A stretch of DNA of 64,000 nucleotides from Alphaproteobacteria bacterium (GCA_965261735.1 OZ253470.1:3968001-4032000); one strand, 5' to 3'; positions 1 through 10,318 are shown, counted from the stretch's first letter. Numbers and translations: made by a program. The notes: a model not told the origin generated them from the sequence alone.

Positions 1-930
1 AGGTCTTCAAGGACAACGCCATCGAGAAGATACGCCTGGCCGAGGAGCAGGCGCAGGCCGAGAAGCGCACCGAAGAGGAGAAGCGCCAGGCCCAGTTGAA
101 GATGGCCGACGACTTGGAGTCGAGCGTCAAGACGATCATCGATTCGGTCTCGTCCTCGGCGAGCGAGATGGAGGCGGCGGCGCAGTCCATGTCGGCGACC
201 GCCGAGGAGACCAGCGCGCAGTCGACCACGGTCGCGGCGGCGGCACAACAGGCCAACGTCAGCGTGGAGACCGTCTCGGCAGCAGCCGAGGAGTTGTCGA
301 AGTCCATCGAGGAGGTCGGCCGCCAAGTCACCCAGTCGACCAAGATCGCGGGCGACGCAGTCTCCGAGGCCGAGAAAACCAACTTCAGCATCAAGGGCCT
401 GGCGGAGGCGGCCCAGAAGATAGGCGACGTGGTAGAGTTGATCACCAGCATCGCCGAGCAGACCAACCTGCTCGCGCTCAATGCCACCATCGAGGCGGCC
501 CGCGCCGGCGATGCCGGCAAGGGCTTCGCGGTGGTCGCCTCCGAGGTCAAGTCCCTCGCCAACCAAACGGCCAAGGCGACCGACGAGATCAGTCAACAGA
601 TCACCGGCATCCAAACCGCGACCGAGGACTCGGTCCAGGCCATCCAGGGGGTCGGCAAGATCATCCACGAGCTGGACCAGATCGCCACGGCTGATCGCCG
701 CCGCGGTCGAGGAGCAGTCCGCTGCGACCGGGGAGATCGCCGCCAACACCCAGCAGGCGGCCAAGGGCACCGGCGATGTTTCGAGCAACATCGAGGGCAT
801 CACCAGGGCGGCCGGGGAAACCGGCGCCGCCTCGGGTCAGGTGCTGTCCTCCGCGCAGGGGCTGGCCGAGCAGTCGAGCAACCTAAGCACTGAGATCGAT
901 AAGTTCTTGGGGCAGATCCGGGCCGCCTGA
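1..930 (+). pseudogene. Methyl-accepting chemotaxis protein, C-terminal signalling domain (5' end outside window; frameshift near 690)
   Basis: IAEQTNLLALNATIEAARAGDAGKGFAVVASEVK hallmark in ORF 96..893; the natural continuation IAAAVEEQSAATGEIA...FLGQIRAA* lies in the frame of ORF 481..930. Could be a sequencing error. Confidence 0.85.
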
Positions 931-953
931 GGCCACGACCTGCAAACACCTTT

Positions 954-988
954 CGGGGCGCCCCTGGCCGGGCGCCCCGTTTTCTTTT
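954..988 (+). terminator. Rho-independent terminator after the MCP gene
   Basis: Perfect 10-bp stem CGGGGCGCCC/GGGCGCCCCG followed by TTTTCTTTT. Confidence 0.8.
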
Positions 989-1075
989 GACAACCGCGAT
1001 TGGCCGCGGATCCGCTCGGCCTGCACTACCTCAATACCGCACATCAAGTGATTGTTCTTACGGCCTTCTTGGCCG

Positions 1076-1103
1076 TTGACAGCAAAAAATGATCTGCCAT
1101 ACT
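1076..1103 (+). promoter_or_regulatory. Sigma-70-type promoter of rplM-rpsI
   Basis: TTGACA-N16-CATACT about 35 bp upstream of rplM. Confidence 0.6.
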
Positions 1104-1137
1104 CGGCCGCTACAGACACGCTAGGAAGGCGCAGGTG

Positions 1138-1602
1138 GTGAAGACTTTTTCGGCCAAGGCTGGGGACATCAGCCGTGCATGGACGCTGATCGATGCCGAC
1201 GGCATTACCCTCGGCCGCCTCGCCGCGGCCGTGGCGGTGCGCCTGCGCGGCAAGCACAAACCCATCTTCACGCCGCATATGGACTGCGGCGACCACATCG
1301 TCGTCGTCAACGCCGAGAAGGTACGCCTGACGGGGCGCAAGCTCGACGATAAGGTTTACTACCGCCATACCGGCTACCCCGGCGGTATCAAGAAGCGGAC
1401 CGCGGGTCAGATACTAAGCGGCCGGCATCCGGAGCGGTTGGTGTTGAAGGCGGTAGAGCGGATGTTGCCGCGCGGGCCGCTCGGCCGCGCGCAGTTCGGC
1501 AAGCTCCGCGTCTACAGTGGACCCGACCACCCGCACACAGCGCAGCAGCCGGAGGCGCTCGATCTCGCCGCGAGCAACCCGAAAAACGCGAGGAGAGCTT
1601 GA
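1138..1602 (+). CDS. rplM: 50S ribosomal protein L13
   Basis: [46 protein letters not shown] motifs; GTG start at 1135 or 1138. Confidence 0.98.
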   Translation: MKTFSAKAGDISRAWTLIDADGITLGRLAAAVAVRLRGKHKPIFTPHMDCGDHIVVVNAEKVRLTGRKLDDKVYYRHTGYPGGIKKRTAGQILSGRHPERLVLKAVERMLPRGPLGRAQFGKLRVYSGPDHPHTAQQPEALDLAASNPKNARRA

Positions 1603-1604
1603 GC

Positions 1605-2099
1605 ATGGCCGAGGAAACCCGCATCCTCACCGACCTCAAGGACCTGGTCCAGGCACCGCCGCCGGAAGCCGTCGCGACCGAGGTTCAGGAGCCGGAGCGC
1701 AGGATCGACCCGTTGGGGCGGGCCTATGCCACGGGGAAGCGTAAGAATGCGGTGGCCCGCGTATGGCTCAAGCCGGGGAGCGGCCGCATCACCGTTAACG
1801 GCCGCGAAAGCGAGGTGTATTTTGCGCGGCCGGCGTTGCGCATGATCATCAACCAGCCCTTTGCGGCTGCGGGCCGGGTCGATCAGTACGACATCTGGTG
1901 CACGGTCCGCGGTGGCGGTTTGTCGGGGCAGGCGGGCGCGCTGCGCCACGGCATCAGCCGTGCGCTCACTTACCACGAGCCCGACCTGCGCGGCGTGCTC
2001 AAGGGCGGCGGCTTTCTTACCCGCGATGCGCGCGTGGTCGAGCGCAAGAAGTACGGCAAGCGCAAGGCGCGCCGCAGCTTCCAGTTCTCCAAGCGATAG
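1605..2099 (+). CDS. rpsI: 30S ribosomal protein S9
   Basis: [29 protein letters not shown]...QFSKR; AGGAGA RBS upstream of ATG 1605. Confidence 0.98.
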   Translation: MAEETRILTDLKDLVQAPPPEAVATEVQEPERRIDPLGRAYATGKRKNAVARVWLKPGSGRITVNGRESEVYFARPALRMIINQPFAAAGRVDQYDIWCTVRGGGLSGQAGALRHGISRALTYHEPDLRGVLKGGGFLTRDARVVERKKYGKRKARRSFQFSKR

Positions 2100-2225
2100 G
2101 CGCGCGCCCGGGCCGATGCGCCACCGCCTCGCGCCGGCGGAAATATTACCCCTGGCGCGGCCGATGTTCGGCTAGGTTACGAGCCGATCGTCCGCCGGGC
2201 GCCCCATCAATCTTCGGCAACGCGT

Positions 2226-3356
2226 ATGGCCACCTCGGAAAACAGGGTCCGCGTCGGCATTCTCGGCGCTAGCGGCTACACCGGCGGCGAACTGCTGCGC
2301 CTGCTCGCCCGCCATCCCCAGGCCGACGTCCGGTTGCTGACGGCCGAGCGCCGGGCGGGCGAGCCGCTCGGGGCTGTTTTCCCCCACCTCGCCGGCTACG
2401 GCTACCCGGCCTTGATGCACCTCGACGATGTCGAGTGGGGCGGCGTCGAGCTCGATGTCGTGTTCTGCGCGCTGCCGCACGGCGCCACCCATGCCGTCGC
2501 CCGCGGGCTGCTCAAGTCGACCGGCCACGATTTCGTGGACGAAGTACTGCATGAGAGCACGAGCGATCTCATCGCCGCTCACATGGGTGAGGTGAAAGTC
2601 ATTGATCTGTCGCCCGACTTTCGACTCAACGACACCGCCGGCTATGGCGAATGGTACCGGCACACCCACGGAGCACCGGAGTTGCAGCGCGAGGCGGTGT
2701 ACGGGTTGACCGAGTTCGCCCGGCCGGCGCTACGCTCGGCGCGCCTCGTCGCTTGTCCGGGCTGCTATCCGACCAGTACGCTACTGGCGCTGGTGCCGCT
2801 GCTCGAGGCAGGCGTCATCACCGCCGAGGACATCATCATCGACGCCAAGTCCGGCGTTACCGGCGCTGGCCGCGCCGCCAAGGAGGCCAATCTGTTCGCC
2901 GAGGTCGCCGAGGGCATTCACGCCTACGGGATCGCCGGCCACCGCCACCTGCCCGAGATCGAGCAGGAGTTGGCGCGCGTCGCGGGCCACGACATACAGG
3001 TGAGCTTTACGCCCCATTTGATGCCGATGAGCCGCGGTATCCTTGCCACGATGTATGTGCGGCTCGAAGGTGGCATGGATGCCGACGATGCGCGGGCTTG
3101 CCTCGTTGAGCGCTTCAATGACGAGCCCTTTGTCAGCGTCCTCCCCGCCGGCATTGCCCCGGCGACGCGCCACGTGCGCGGATCGAACCACTGCTTGATC
3201 GGCGTCTTCGCGGATCGTGTAGCGGGCCGCGCGATCATCGTTTCGGTGCTCGATAACCTCGTCAAGGGCGCCTCGGGCCAAGCGGTGCAGAACATGAACC
3301 TCGCGTGCGGCATGCCGGAGACGAGCGGGCTCGAGCAGCCAGCGCTGTTTCCATGA
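2226..3356 (+). CDS. argC: N-acetyl-gamma-glutamyl-phosphate reductase
   Basis: GASGYTGGEL, ACPGCYPT, DAKSGVTGAGR, DNLVKGASGQAVQN. Confidence 0.95.
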   Translation: MATSENRVRVGILGASGYTGGELLRLLARHPQADVRLLTAERRAGEPLGAVFPHLAGYGYPALMHLDDVEWGGVELDVVFCALPHGATHAVARGLLKSTGHDFVDEVLHESTSDLIAAHMGEVKVIDLSPDFRLNDTAGYGEWYRHTHGAPELQREAVYGLTEFARPALRSARLVACPGCYPTSTLLALVPLLEAGVITAEDIIIDAKSGVTGAGRAAKEANLFAEVAEGIHAYGIAGHRHLPEIEQELARVAGHDIQVSFTPHLMPMSRGILATMYVRLEGGMDADDARACLVERFNDEPFVSVLPAGIAPATRHVRGSNHCLIGVFADRVAGRAIIVSVLDNLVKGASGQAVQNMNLACGMPETSGLEQPALFP

Positions 3357-3919
3357 CGGCGGGCACCGTCGGCAGGACGGCGGGCCTCGTTCTGCCGTTT
3401 CGCGATATCTTTCCTCGTATTGCCGCAAGCGCCTTTATTGCGCCGGGCGCCGCCGTGATCGGCGACGTCGAGATCGGCCCGGGAACCGGCGTCTGGTTCA
3501 ACTGCGTGATCCGAGGCGACGTCAACAGCATCCGCATTGGCGCGGGAACCAACCTTCAGGATGGCACCGTGGTCCATGTCACGCCGGCTACCCATGCGTC
3601 CCATATCGGCGACAACGTGACGATCGGGCACCGCGCGATTATTCACGGCTGCACGCTCGAGGACGCGAGCTTCGTCGGCATGGCTGCGACGGTCATGGAC
3701 GGCGTTGTCGTCGAAACCGGAGCCATGGTGGCGGCCGGCGCGCTGGTGCCGCCCGGCCGACGCGTGCCATCGGGGGAACTGTGGGCTGGTATGCCGGCCA
3801 AGTGCGTCAGAGAGGTGTCGACGGAAGAGCGCACCTACAACGAGGAGGCGGCGCACCGCTACGCTGCTCTGGCGCGGCTCTACATCGACTCACTCGAACG
3901 TATTCGCTCCGAGCCGTGA
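3353..3919 (+). CDS. Gamma carbonic anhydrase family protein (hexapeptide repeats)
   Basis: IRGDVNSIRIG.GTNLQDG, VTIGHRAIIHGC motifs; ATGA overlap with argC. Confidence 0.9.
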   Translation: MTAGTVGRTAGLVLPFRDIFPRIAASAFIAPGAAVIGDVEIGPGTGVWFNCVIRGDVNSIRIGAGTNLQDGTVVHVTPATHASHIGDNVTIGHRAIIHGCTLEDASFVGMAATVMDGVVVETGAMVAAGALVPPGRRVPSGELWAGMPAKCVREVSTEERTYNEEAAHRYAALARLYIDSLERIRSEP

Positions 3920-5166
3920 TCCTTGTCGAACGTCGCGCCGTCGAGCGTGGCGTCCGCGAAGTTGGTGTTGCTGATATCCGCCCTCGACAGGTCGGCCCGG
4001 ACGAGCACCGCGCCCTCGAAGTTGGCCGCCCTCAGGTTGGCGCCCGTGAGGCTGGCGTCGCTAAGGTTGGCGGGAACGACGCCGCCCGTGGCCCGGCCAT
4101 CGCGGTCCATGATCTGGGCGACGCTGAGGTCGGCCCCCGAGAGGTTGGCGTCGCTGAGCACGGCGCCCATGAGCCTCACGCCCGAGAGGCGCGATTGGGA
4201 TAGGTCGGTGGCATGCAGATTGGCTCCGCTCAAGTCGGCCATCTTGAGCGAACAGGTGGAGAAATTGGCGCCCGTGAAGTTGCCGTTGCGCAAGCTCGCG
4301 CCGCTCAGGTCGAGCCCCGCGAAATCGACGTTGCTGAAGTCCTCGTCATCGAGGACGGCCCGGGCCCCGCTCTCGCCTAACGAGTCGATCCAGCGCCGGT
4401 GCTCCGTGAGCGTGGTACGGACGTCCTCGCGGAGGTGGCGAACGAGGTTGACGACTCGCGCCCCCTTCATGTCGGCCGACGAGGTGTCGGTCCCCTCGAA
4501 CTGGGCGCCGACGACCTCGGCGCCGTTCAGCACCGCGCCGTCTATCGCAGCGTCGCTGAGATTGGCCCCGCTCAGATTGGAATCGCTGAGGTTGGCACCC
4601 GCGAGGTTGGCGCCGGAGAGGTCGGCCGCCATCAGGTTCGAGCGGGTCAGGTTGGCACCCCGCAGATCAGCGCAACGCAGGACGGCGCCGGCCAGATCGG
4701 CCTGCGACATGGTGGCGCTGACGAGCGCCGCCTGAGACAGGTTGGCGGCAATCATGCCCGATTGCCGCGCCGCCACCCGTTCGATTCTGTGCTGGGAATA
4801 ACCGAGATCGCCGGCGTCGGCGTGGAACAGTGAGCCATGGCGGAGGTCGGCGCAATGCAGGTTCGCGTTGGTCAAGTTTGTTCCGCAGAGCTGGGCGCCC
4901 CGGAGATCGGTCCCCGACAAGTCCGCGTCGGTCAAGTCGGCGCCGCTGAGATCTGCGGCAAAAAGGTCGGCCTCGGCGAAGTCCGCGTTCATCAACGCGC
5001 AGTGGCTGAGGTCGATGCCGGTGAGGATCGCGCTGCGAAGGTTGACTCCCGGCATCTGCCTGCCGGTTAGGACCCGGTCGGCGAGGTTCGCCCGCGCGCC
5101 ACCCTTAAGTCGACGCAACCACAGGGCGTGGGACTTGAGGATATCGCGTAGCTCGGCGGTCTTCAT
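3880..5166 (-). CDS. Pentapeptide repeat protein
   Basis: Extensive A(D/N)LxxA(D/N)L repeats; two H..W....G.RA.L caps (ILKSHALW, TLTEHRRW). Confidence 0.9.
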   Translation of the reverse strand: MKTAELRDILKSHALWLRRLKGGARANLADRVLTGRQMPGVNLRSAILTGIDLSHCALMNADFAEADLFAADLSGADLTDADLSGTDLRGAQLCGTNLTNANLHCADLRHGSLFHADAGDLGYSQHRIERVAARQSGMIAANLSQAALVSATMSQADLAGAVLRCADLRGANLTRSNLMAADLSGANLAGANLSDSNLSGANLSDAAIDGAVLNGAEVVGAQFEGTDTSSADMKGARVVNLVRHLREDVRTTLTEHRRWIDSLGESGARAVLDDEDFSNVDFAGLDLSGASLRNGNFTGANFSTCSLKMADLSGANLHATDLSQSRLSGVRLMGAVLSDANLSGADLSVAQIMDRDGRATGGVVPANLSDASLTGANLRAANFEGAVLVRADLSRADISNTNFADATLDGATFDKDHGSERIRSSESM

Positions 5167-5245
5167 TCACGCCTCCGCTGCGGGCGGGCCCCAATCGTCA
5201 ATGGATGGCCCGGCGCGGGCGTACGGCAACACCGTGATTTAAGCC

Positions 5246-5268
5246 TTAAGCGGTCAATAAATGTTTAA
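5246..5268. promoter_or_regulatory. Candidate CtrA-like boxes in the divergent intergenic region
   Basis: TTAA-N7-ATAA (5246-5260) and overlapping TCAA-N7-TTAA (5254-5268) in an AT-rich patch, each one mismatch from TTAA-N7-TTAA. Confidence 0.35.
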
Positions 5269-5411
5269 GGCTCGTGCGCTAAGGCCGACAGGTGGGGCGC
5301 GGGCGGATAACCACGCTAAACGGAGGCTGTTTGTGGTACGTTATATTCCGCCGGGGCTTGAGTCGTAGCGCCCCGGCCGCGGGGGGCAACAGATTGCAGA
5401 GGGCGAACCCG

Positions 5412-6680
5412 ATGAACGTGCAAACGCGTACGTGCCGTCAATGGAACGGCCGCCAACCGACGATCCGATTTGGCGTGCTCGTGGCCGTCGGCTTATTGTT
5501 GGGAGCATGTTCGTATGTGCCCGATTGGGCTAACCCGCTCGCGTGGTACGACCGGACGTTCGATAGCTCCGGCGACTCCCAACCCGCCGCGGCTGCCGCG
5601 GCGCCCCCTTCAGCCGGCGCCGATCAACCGTTTCCCAAATTGAGCTCCGTTCCCGACCAGCCGCCGACGGCAACGAGTAAGGCCGAGCGCAAGCAAATCG
5701 CGCAGGGGTTGGTCGCGGACGCCGCGCGGGCGCGCTACACGGACGAGGAGACGGACACCCAGGTGGCGGCGACCACGCCCCAACCGACACCGTCACCACC
5801 ACCGGTCGTTGTTCAAGCGCCGGCAACGGTCGTTGCGCAGGCCCCCCCGGCCCCGCCGCCGGCTGCCGTTCCCAGCCGCACGACCCCGGTATCGCCGAGC
5901 GTCTCGGTTCAGCCGGCAACGCCGATGCCGGTGCCGTCGATCGTGCAGCGCCGTCCGGCTGCGCGCGTCGCGGCGGCGCCGCAGCCGGTGACCCCGATGC
6001 CGGTGCCGTCGATCGTGCAGCGCCGTCCGGCTTCACCCGCCGTTGCCGCGCCGCAAACCGTGCCCGCGCCCGTCGCTTCGGCGCCGGCGCAGGGGCAGCG
6101 CCAGCTGGCGAGTGTCGCCGATGTGTTAGCCGAGAAGATGGCGGCTTCGGCCAGCACCGTCACGACCGCGCCGGCGCACACCGGCTTCGGACCCAGTACC
6201 GCCCAGCCGCTCAGTAATCTGCCGAAGTCGGTGCCGGCTATCGTCCGCGACACGTACAATGAATCGGTTGGCGGCGCGGTAGCGGGATCGACCGCAGTCG
6301 TGATCGCCCCGGCGGTCGGGCAGGTTGCACGCGAGCCAGTCGTCATTCGCTTCAGGCATGGATCGGCGAACCTTTCGGCGGCGGATCGGCGGCGTCTGCG
6401 GAGCATCAGCGAGGCCTTCAAGGCGCAAGGAGGCGTGGTTCGCGTCGTCGGCCATGCCTCGAGCCGCACGCGCGACATGCCGGTGCTCCGGCACAAGCTC
6501 GCCAACTTCAACGTCTCGCACGATCGCGCCGTGCGGGTTGCTTCCGAGCTCGTGCGCCAGGGCGTAACCCGCAATGCCATCCTCGTCGAAGCGCGCAGCG
6601 ATGCGGACCCGGCGTTCATCGAGTCGATGCCAGCCGGCGAGGCGGGGAACCGACGGACCGAGGTTTATCTCGAATCCTGA
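5412..6680 (+). CDS. Lipoprotein with Pro/Ala-rich linker and C-terminal OmpA-like peptidoglycan-binding domain
   Basis: Lipobox LLGAC; IRFRHGSANL...VVGHAS...SHDRA...NRRTEV. Confidence 0.85.
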   Translation: MNVQTRTCRQWNGRQPTIRFGVLVAVGLLLGACSYVPDWANPLAWYDRTFDSSGDSQPAAAAAAPPSAGADQPFPKLSSVPDQPPTATSKAERKQIAQGLVADAARARYTDEETDTQVAATTPQPTPSPPPVVVQAPATVVAQAPPAPPPAAVPSRTTPVSPSVSVQPATPMPVPSIVQRRPAARVAAAPQPVTPMPVPSIVQRRPASPAVAAPQTVPAPVASAPAQGQRQLASVADVLAEKMAASASTVTTAPAHTGFGPSTAQPLSNLPKSVPAIVRDTYNESVGGAVAGSTAVVIAPAVGQVAREPVVIRFRHGSANLSAADRRRLRSISEAFKAQGGVVRVVGHASSRTRDMPVLRHKLANFNVSHDRAVRVASELVRQGVTRNAILVEARSDADPAFIESMPAGEAGNRRTEVYLES

Positions 6681-6816
6681 CGTTGGCGCGGAAGTGAGGC
6701 CCGTAGGTCCGTAGGGCCACCGACCGAGGCACGCGGCGGCGGGCCGCGATCTGCTATGATTGCGCCGAATGAACGGGCCAGCCGGCACGGTCCGGCACCA
6801 CGGAGTCCCATGGCCG

Positions 6817-8037
6817 ATGGAAAGCGAGTTCTACCGCGTAAAGCGCCTGCCGCCCTACGTCTTCGACGAGGTCAACGCGGTTAAGGCTGCCCATCGCGCG
6901 GCGGGCGAGGATATTATCGACCTCGGCATGGGTAACCCCGACATGCCGACGCCCGAGCACATTGTCGACAAGTTGACCGAGGCGGTGCGCGACCCGCGCA
7001 CGCACCGCTACTCGACTTCGCGCGGCATCCCCGGCTTGCGCCGGGCCGTGGCCGCGTACTACGGGCGGCGGTTCGGCGTCGACGTCGACCCGGAGCGCGA
7101 AACCGTCGTCACCCTCGGCTCCAAGGAGGGGCTCGCCAACCTGGCGCAGGCGATCACGGCGCCGGGCGATACCATCCTCGTCCCCAACCCGAGCTACCCG
7201 ATTCACCCCTACGGCTTCATCATCGCCGGCGCCAACATTCGCCATCTCCCGATCGGCGCCGGGCACGACTTCATGGCCGGCCTGGTTCGTGCCGTGCGCC
7301 ATTGCGTGCCCCCGCCGCTCGCCCTGGTCCTCAATTTTCCATCGAATCCCACGGCACAGGTCGTGGACCTCGACTTCTATCGTGAGGTCGTCGATTTCTG
7401 CCGTGCCGAGGGCATCTTCATCATCTCCGACCTCGCCTACGCGGAGATCTACTTCGACGATCGACCACCGCCGTCTCTGCTCCAGGTGCCGGGCGCGAAG
7501 GACGTGGCCGTCGAATTCACCAGCCTGAGCAAGACCTACGCCATGCCGGGCTGGCGCGTCGGCTTTGCCACCGGCAATGCGCGCCTCATCGCCGCACTCG
7601 CTCGCATCAAATCGTACCTCGACTACGGCGCCTTCACGCCCGTGCAGGTGGCGGCGACCGCCGCGCTCAACGGCCCGCAGGATTGCGTCGAACAGATCCG
7701 CGCGACCTACCGGTCACGCCGCGACGTGCTCGTCGACGGGCTCGCGGCGGCGGGCTGGGAAGTGCCGCGCCCGAGCGCCACCATGTTCGCGTGGGCGCCG
7801 CTACCGCCGGCCTTCGCCGATATGGGCTCCCTCGAGTTCGCCAAGCTGTTGTTGGCCGAGGCCAAGGTCGCGGTCTCGCCCGGCATCGCGTTCGGCGAGT
7901 ACGGCGAGGGCTTCCTCCGCATCGCCCTGGTCGAAAACGAGCAGCGCATCCGCCAGGCGATACGGAGCATCAAGAAGTTCCTTGGCGCCTCCGAAGCTGG
8001 GGTCGAAAAGACCGGCGCGCGGGCCGTCGCATCTTGA
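6817..8037 (+). CDS. PLP-dependent class I/II aminotransferase (AlaC / LL-DAP aminotransferase-like)
   Basis: RLPPYVF, DLGMGNPD, NFPSNPT, SLSKTYAMPGWRVG; typical position upstream of hom. Confidence 0.9.
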   Translation: MESEFYRVKRLPPYVFDEVNAVKAAHRAAGEDIIDLGMGNPDMPTPEHIVDKLTEAVRDPRTHRYSTSRGIPGLRRAVAAYYGRRFGVDVDPERETVVTLGSKEGLANLAQAITAPGDTILVPNPSYPIHPYGFIIAGANIRHLPIGAGHDFMAGLVRAVRHCVPPPLALVLNFPSNPTAQVVDLDFYREVVDFCRAEGIFIISDLAYAEIYFDDRPPPSLLQVPGAKDVAVEFTSLSKTYAMPGWRVGFATGNARLIAALARIKSYLDYGAFTPVQVAATAALNGPQDCVEQIRATYRSRRDVLVDGLAAAGWEVPRPSATMFAWAPLPPAFADMGSLEFAKLLLAEAKVAVSPGIAFGEYGEGFLRIALVENEQRIRQAIRSIKKFLGASEAGVEKTGARAVAS

Positions 8038-9326
8038 GCGAGCCGCTTCGTCTTGGTGTCGCCGGGCTCGGCACGGTGGGCGCCTGTGTCGTCAAACTGC
8101 TGCACGAACACCACGACCTTGTCGCGCGCCGATGCGGCCGCAGCCTGCGGGTGGTCGCGGTGTCGGCGCGCGAGCGTGAGCGCGAGCGCGGCATCGACCT
8201 GGGGCTGGCGCGCTGGGAGGGAGATGCCGCGGCCCTCGCCGTTGCCGATGACGTCGAGGTCGTGGTCGAGCTCATCGGCGGTGCCGAGGGCATCGCACGT
8301 GAGGTGGTCGAGCGCGGGCTAGCGGCCGGTAAACCCGTAGTGACTGCCAACAAGGCGCTCATCGCCCACCATGGCGCGGCGCTCGCACTTTCGGCGGAAG
8401 GAGCGGGCGTCGGCCTCGGCTTCGAAGCCGCCGTGGCCGGCGGCATCCCCGTCCTCAAGGCGCTGCGCGAGAGCCTCGCAGCAAACCGCCTGACCCGCGT
8501 CTACGGTATCCTCAACGGCACCTGCAACCACATCCTGACGGCGATGACGGACAGCGGGCGCGATTTCGACGACGTACTCGCCGAGGCCCAGGCGCTGGGT
8601 TACGCCGAGGGCGATCCAAGCTTCGATATCGACGGGGTCGATGCCGCCCACAAGCTGGCGATCCTGACCAGCCTCGCGTTCGGGTGCCCGCCCGACCTGG
8701 CGGGCGTCCACGTCGAAGGCATTCGCGACGTGACGACGAACGACATCGCCTCGGCCGCGGAGCTCGGTTATCGCATCAAGCTGCTCGGGATCGCTCGGCT
8801 GACGGAGTTCGGGGTCGAGCAACGGGTGCACCCTTGCATGGTCCCCGCTGCGGCGCCGATCGCCCACGTCGGCGGTGTCTACAACGCCGTGGTCGCCGAA
8901 GGTGACTATGTCGGCCGCGCCCTGTTCGAGGGCCTCGGTGCCGGCGCGGGACCCACCGCGTCGGCGGTGGTCGCCGACCTCGTCGATGTTGCGCGCGGGC
9001 GTGCGGGGCCAGCCTTTGCGGTCCCCGCCGGCGCGCTTGCGCCACTTCCGGCGTCGCCGATGGAGCGGCACCGAGGGCCCTACTACGTCCGCTTTATGGT
9101 GGTTGACCGGCCTGGGGTAATGGCCGACATTGCCGCGGTACTGCGGGATGAGGACGTGTCCATGGAATCGGTTCTACAGCGCGGCCGCGCGCCGGACGAG
9201 GCGGTTCCGGTCGTGATGACCACCCATGAGACGGACGAGGCCCATATGGTGCGGGCACTGCAACGAATCACTGACCTCGGCAGCGTGATCGAGCCGCCGC
9301 ACATGATCCGTATCGAGCATCTTTAG
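8034..9326 (+). CDS. hom: Homoserine dehydrogenase with C-terminal ACT domain
   Basis: GLGTVG, VVTANKA, EAAVAGGIP, GILNGTCN, GAGAGPTASAV; TTG start overlapping the upstream stop. Confidence 0.95.
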   Translation: MSEPLRLGVAGLGTVGACVVKLLHEHHDLVARRCGRSLRVVAVSARERERERGIDLGLARWEGDAAALAVADDVEVVVELIGGAEGIAREVVERGLAAGKPVVTANKALIAHHGAALALSAEGAGVGLGFEAAVAGGIPVLKALRESLAANRLTRVYGILNGTCNHILTAMTDSGRDFDDVLAEAQALGYAEGDPSFDIDGVDAAHKLAILTSLAFGCPPDLAGVHVEGIRDVTTNDIASAAELGYRIKLLGIARLTEFGVEQRVHPCMVPAAAPIAHVGGVYNAVVAEGDYVGRALFEGLGAGAGPTASAVVADLVDVARGRAGPAFAVPAGALAPLPASPMERHRGPYYVRFMVVDRPGVMADIAAVLRDEDVSMESVLQRGRAPDEAVPVVMTTHETDEAHMVRALQRITDLGSVIEPPHMIRIEHL

Positions 9327-9340
9327 GGGCGGACGCGGCG

Positions 9341-10318
9341 CTGGCAGCCCTCGACAGGAGCCTCGTGCTGGATGCCGTCCGCGTGACCGAGGCGGCCGCG
9401 ATAGCCGCTTCTAAGCTCATGGGCTACGGCGACGAGATGGCGGCGGATCAGGCCGCCGTCGATGCCATGCGCGGCGCCCTCAACAAGGTGAAAATCGACG
9501 GCACCGTCGTTATCGGCGAAGGCGAGCGCGACCATGCGCCGATGCTCTACGTCGGGGAGAAGGTGGGCGCGGGCGGACCTCGTGTCGACATCGCCCTCGA
9601 TCCGCTCGAGGGGACCACGCTGACCGCCAAGGGAGGGCCCAACGCGCTAGCGGTGATGGCATGGACCGAGGTCGGCGGACTCCTCAACGCCCCCGACGTC
9701 TACATGGACAAGATCGCCGTCGGCGGCGGCTTTCCCGATGGGGTGGTCGATCTCGACGCGAGCCCAGCGGAGAACCTCAAGGCTCTTGGCAAGGCGAAGA
9801 AATGCGCGATGCGCGATCTCGTCGCCTGCATTCTCGACCGCCCGCGCCACGCCGAGCTGATCGCGGCCGTGCGCGAAACCGGCGCCCGTATCCGCCTGAT
9901 CCCCGATGGCGACGTCGCCGGCGTGATGGCGACGTCCAGCGCGGACACGGGCATCCACATCTATATGGGGATAGGCGGCGCACCCGAGGGCGTGCTGGCG
10001 GCCGCCGCCCTGTGCAGCATCGGCGGGCAGATGCAAGGCCGCCTGGTGTTTAGCACCGACGACGAGCGCGGACGGGCGGCGGGCCTCGGGATCACCGATC
10101 TCGACCACAAATACACGCTCGCCGAGCTCGCCTCGGGCGACGTGATCTTCACCGCCACAGGCGTCACCGATGGAACGATGCTCGACGGCGTGCGCCCGGA
10201 AGCCGACTGCGTGATGACGCATTCGCTCGTCATGCGCTCGCGGACCCGCACCATGCGCTGGATCAAGACGCGCCACGACACGGGCGCAACGTCCGAGAAG
10301 AAACCGCGCGGCGCCTAA
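9341..10318 (+). CDS. glpX: Class II fructose-1,6-bisphosphatase
   Basis: VRVTEAAA, VIGEGERD, DPLEGT, DGDV, GGAPEGV; start uncertain (CTG 9341 or GTG 9365). Confidence 0.93.
   Translation: MAALDRSLVLDAVRVTEAAAIAASKLMGYGDEMAADQAAVDAMRGALNKVKIDGTVVIGEGERDHAPMLYVGEKVGAGGPRVDIALDPLEGTTLTAKGGPNALAVMAWTEVGGLLNAPDVYMDKIAVGGGFPDGVVDLDASPAENLKALGKAKKCAMRDLVACILDRPRHAELIAAVRETGARIRLIPDGDVAGVMATSSADTGIHIYMGIGGAPEGVLAAAALCSIGGQMQGRLVFSTDDERGRAAGLGITDLDHKYTLAELASGDVIFTATGVTDGTMLDGVRPEADCVMTHSLVMRSRTRTMRWIKTRHDTGATSEKKPRGA

Noticed and set aside
3923-5242. Long plus-strand ORFs opposite the pentapeptide gene
   Set aside because: Antisense shadows of a repetitive GC-rich gene
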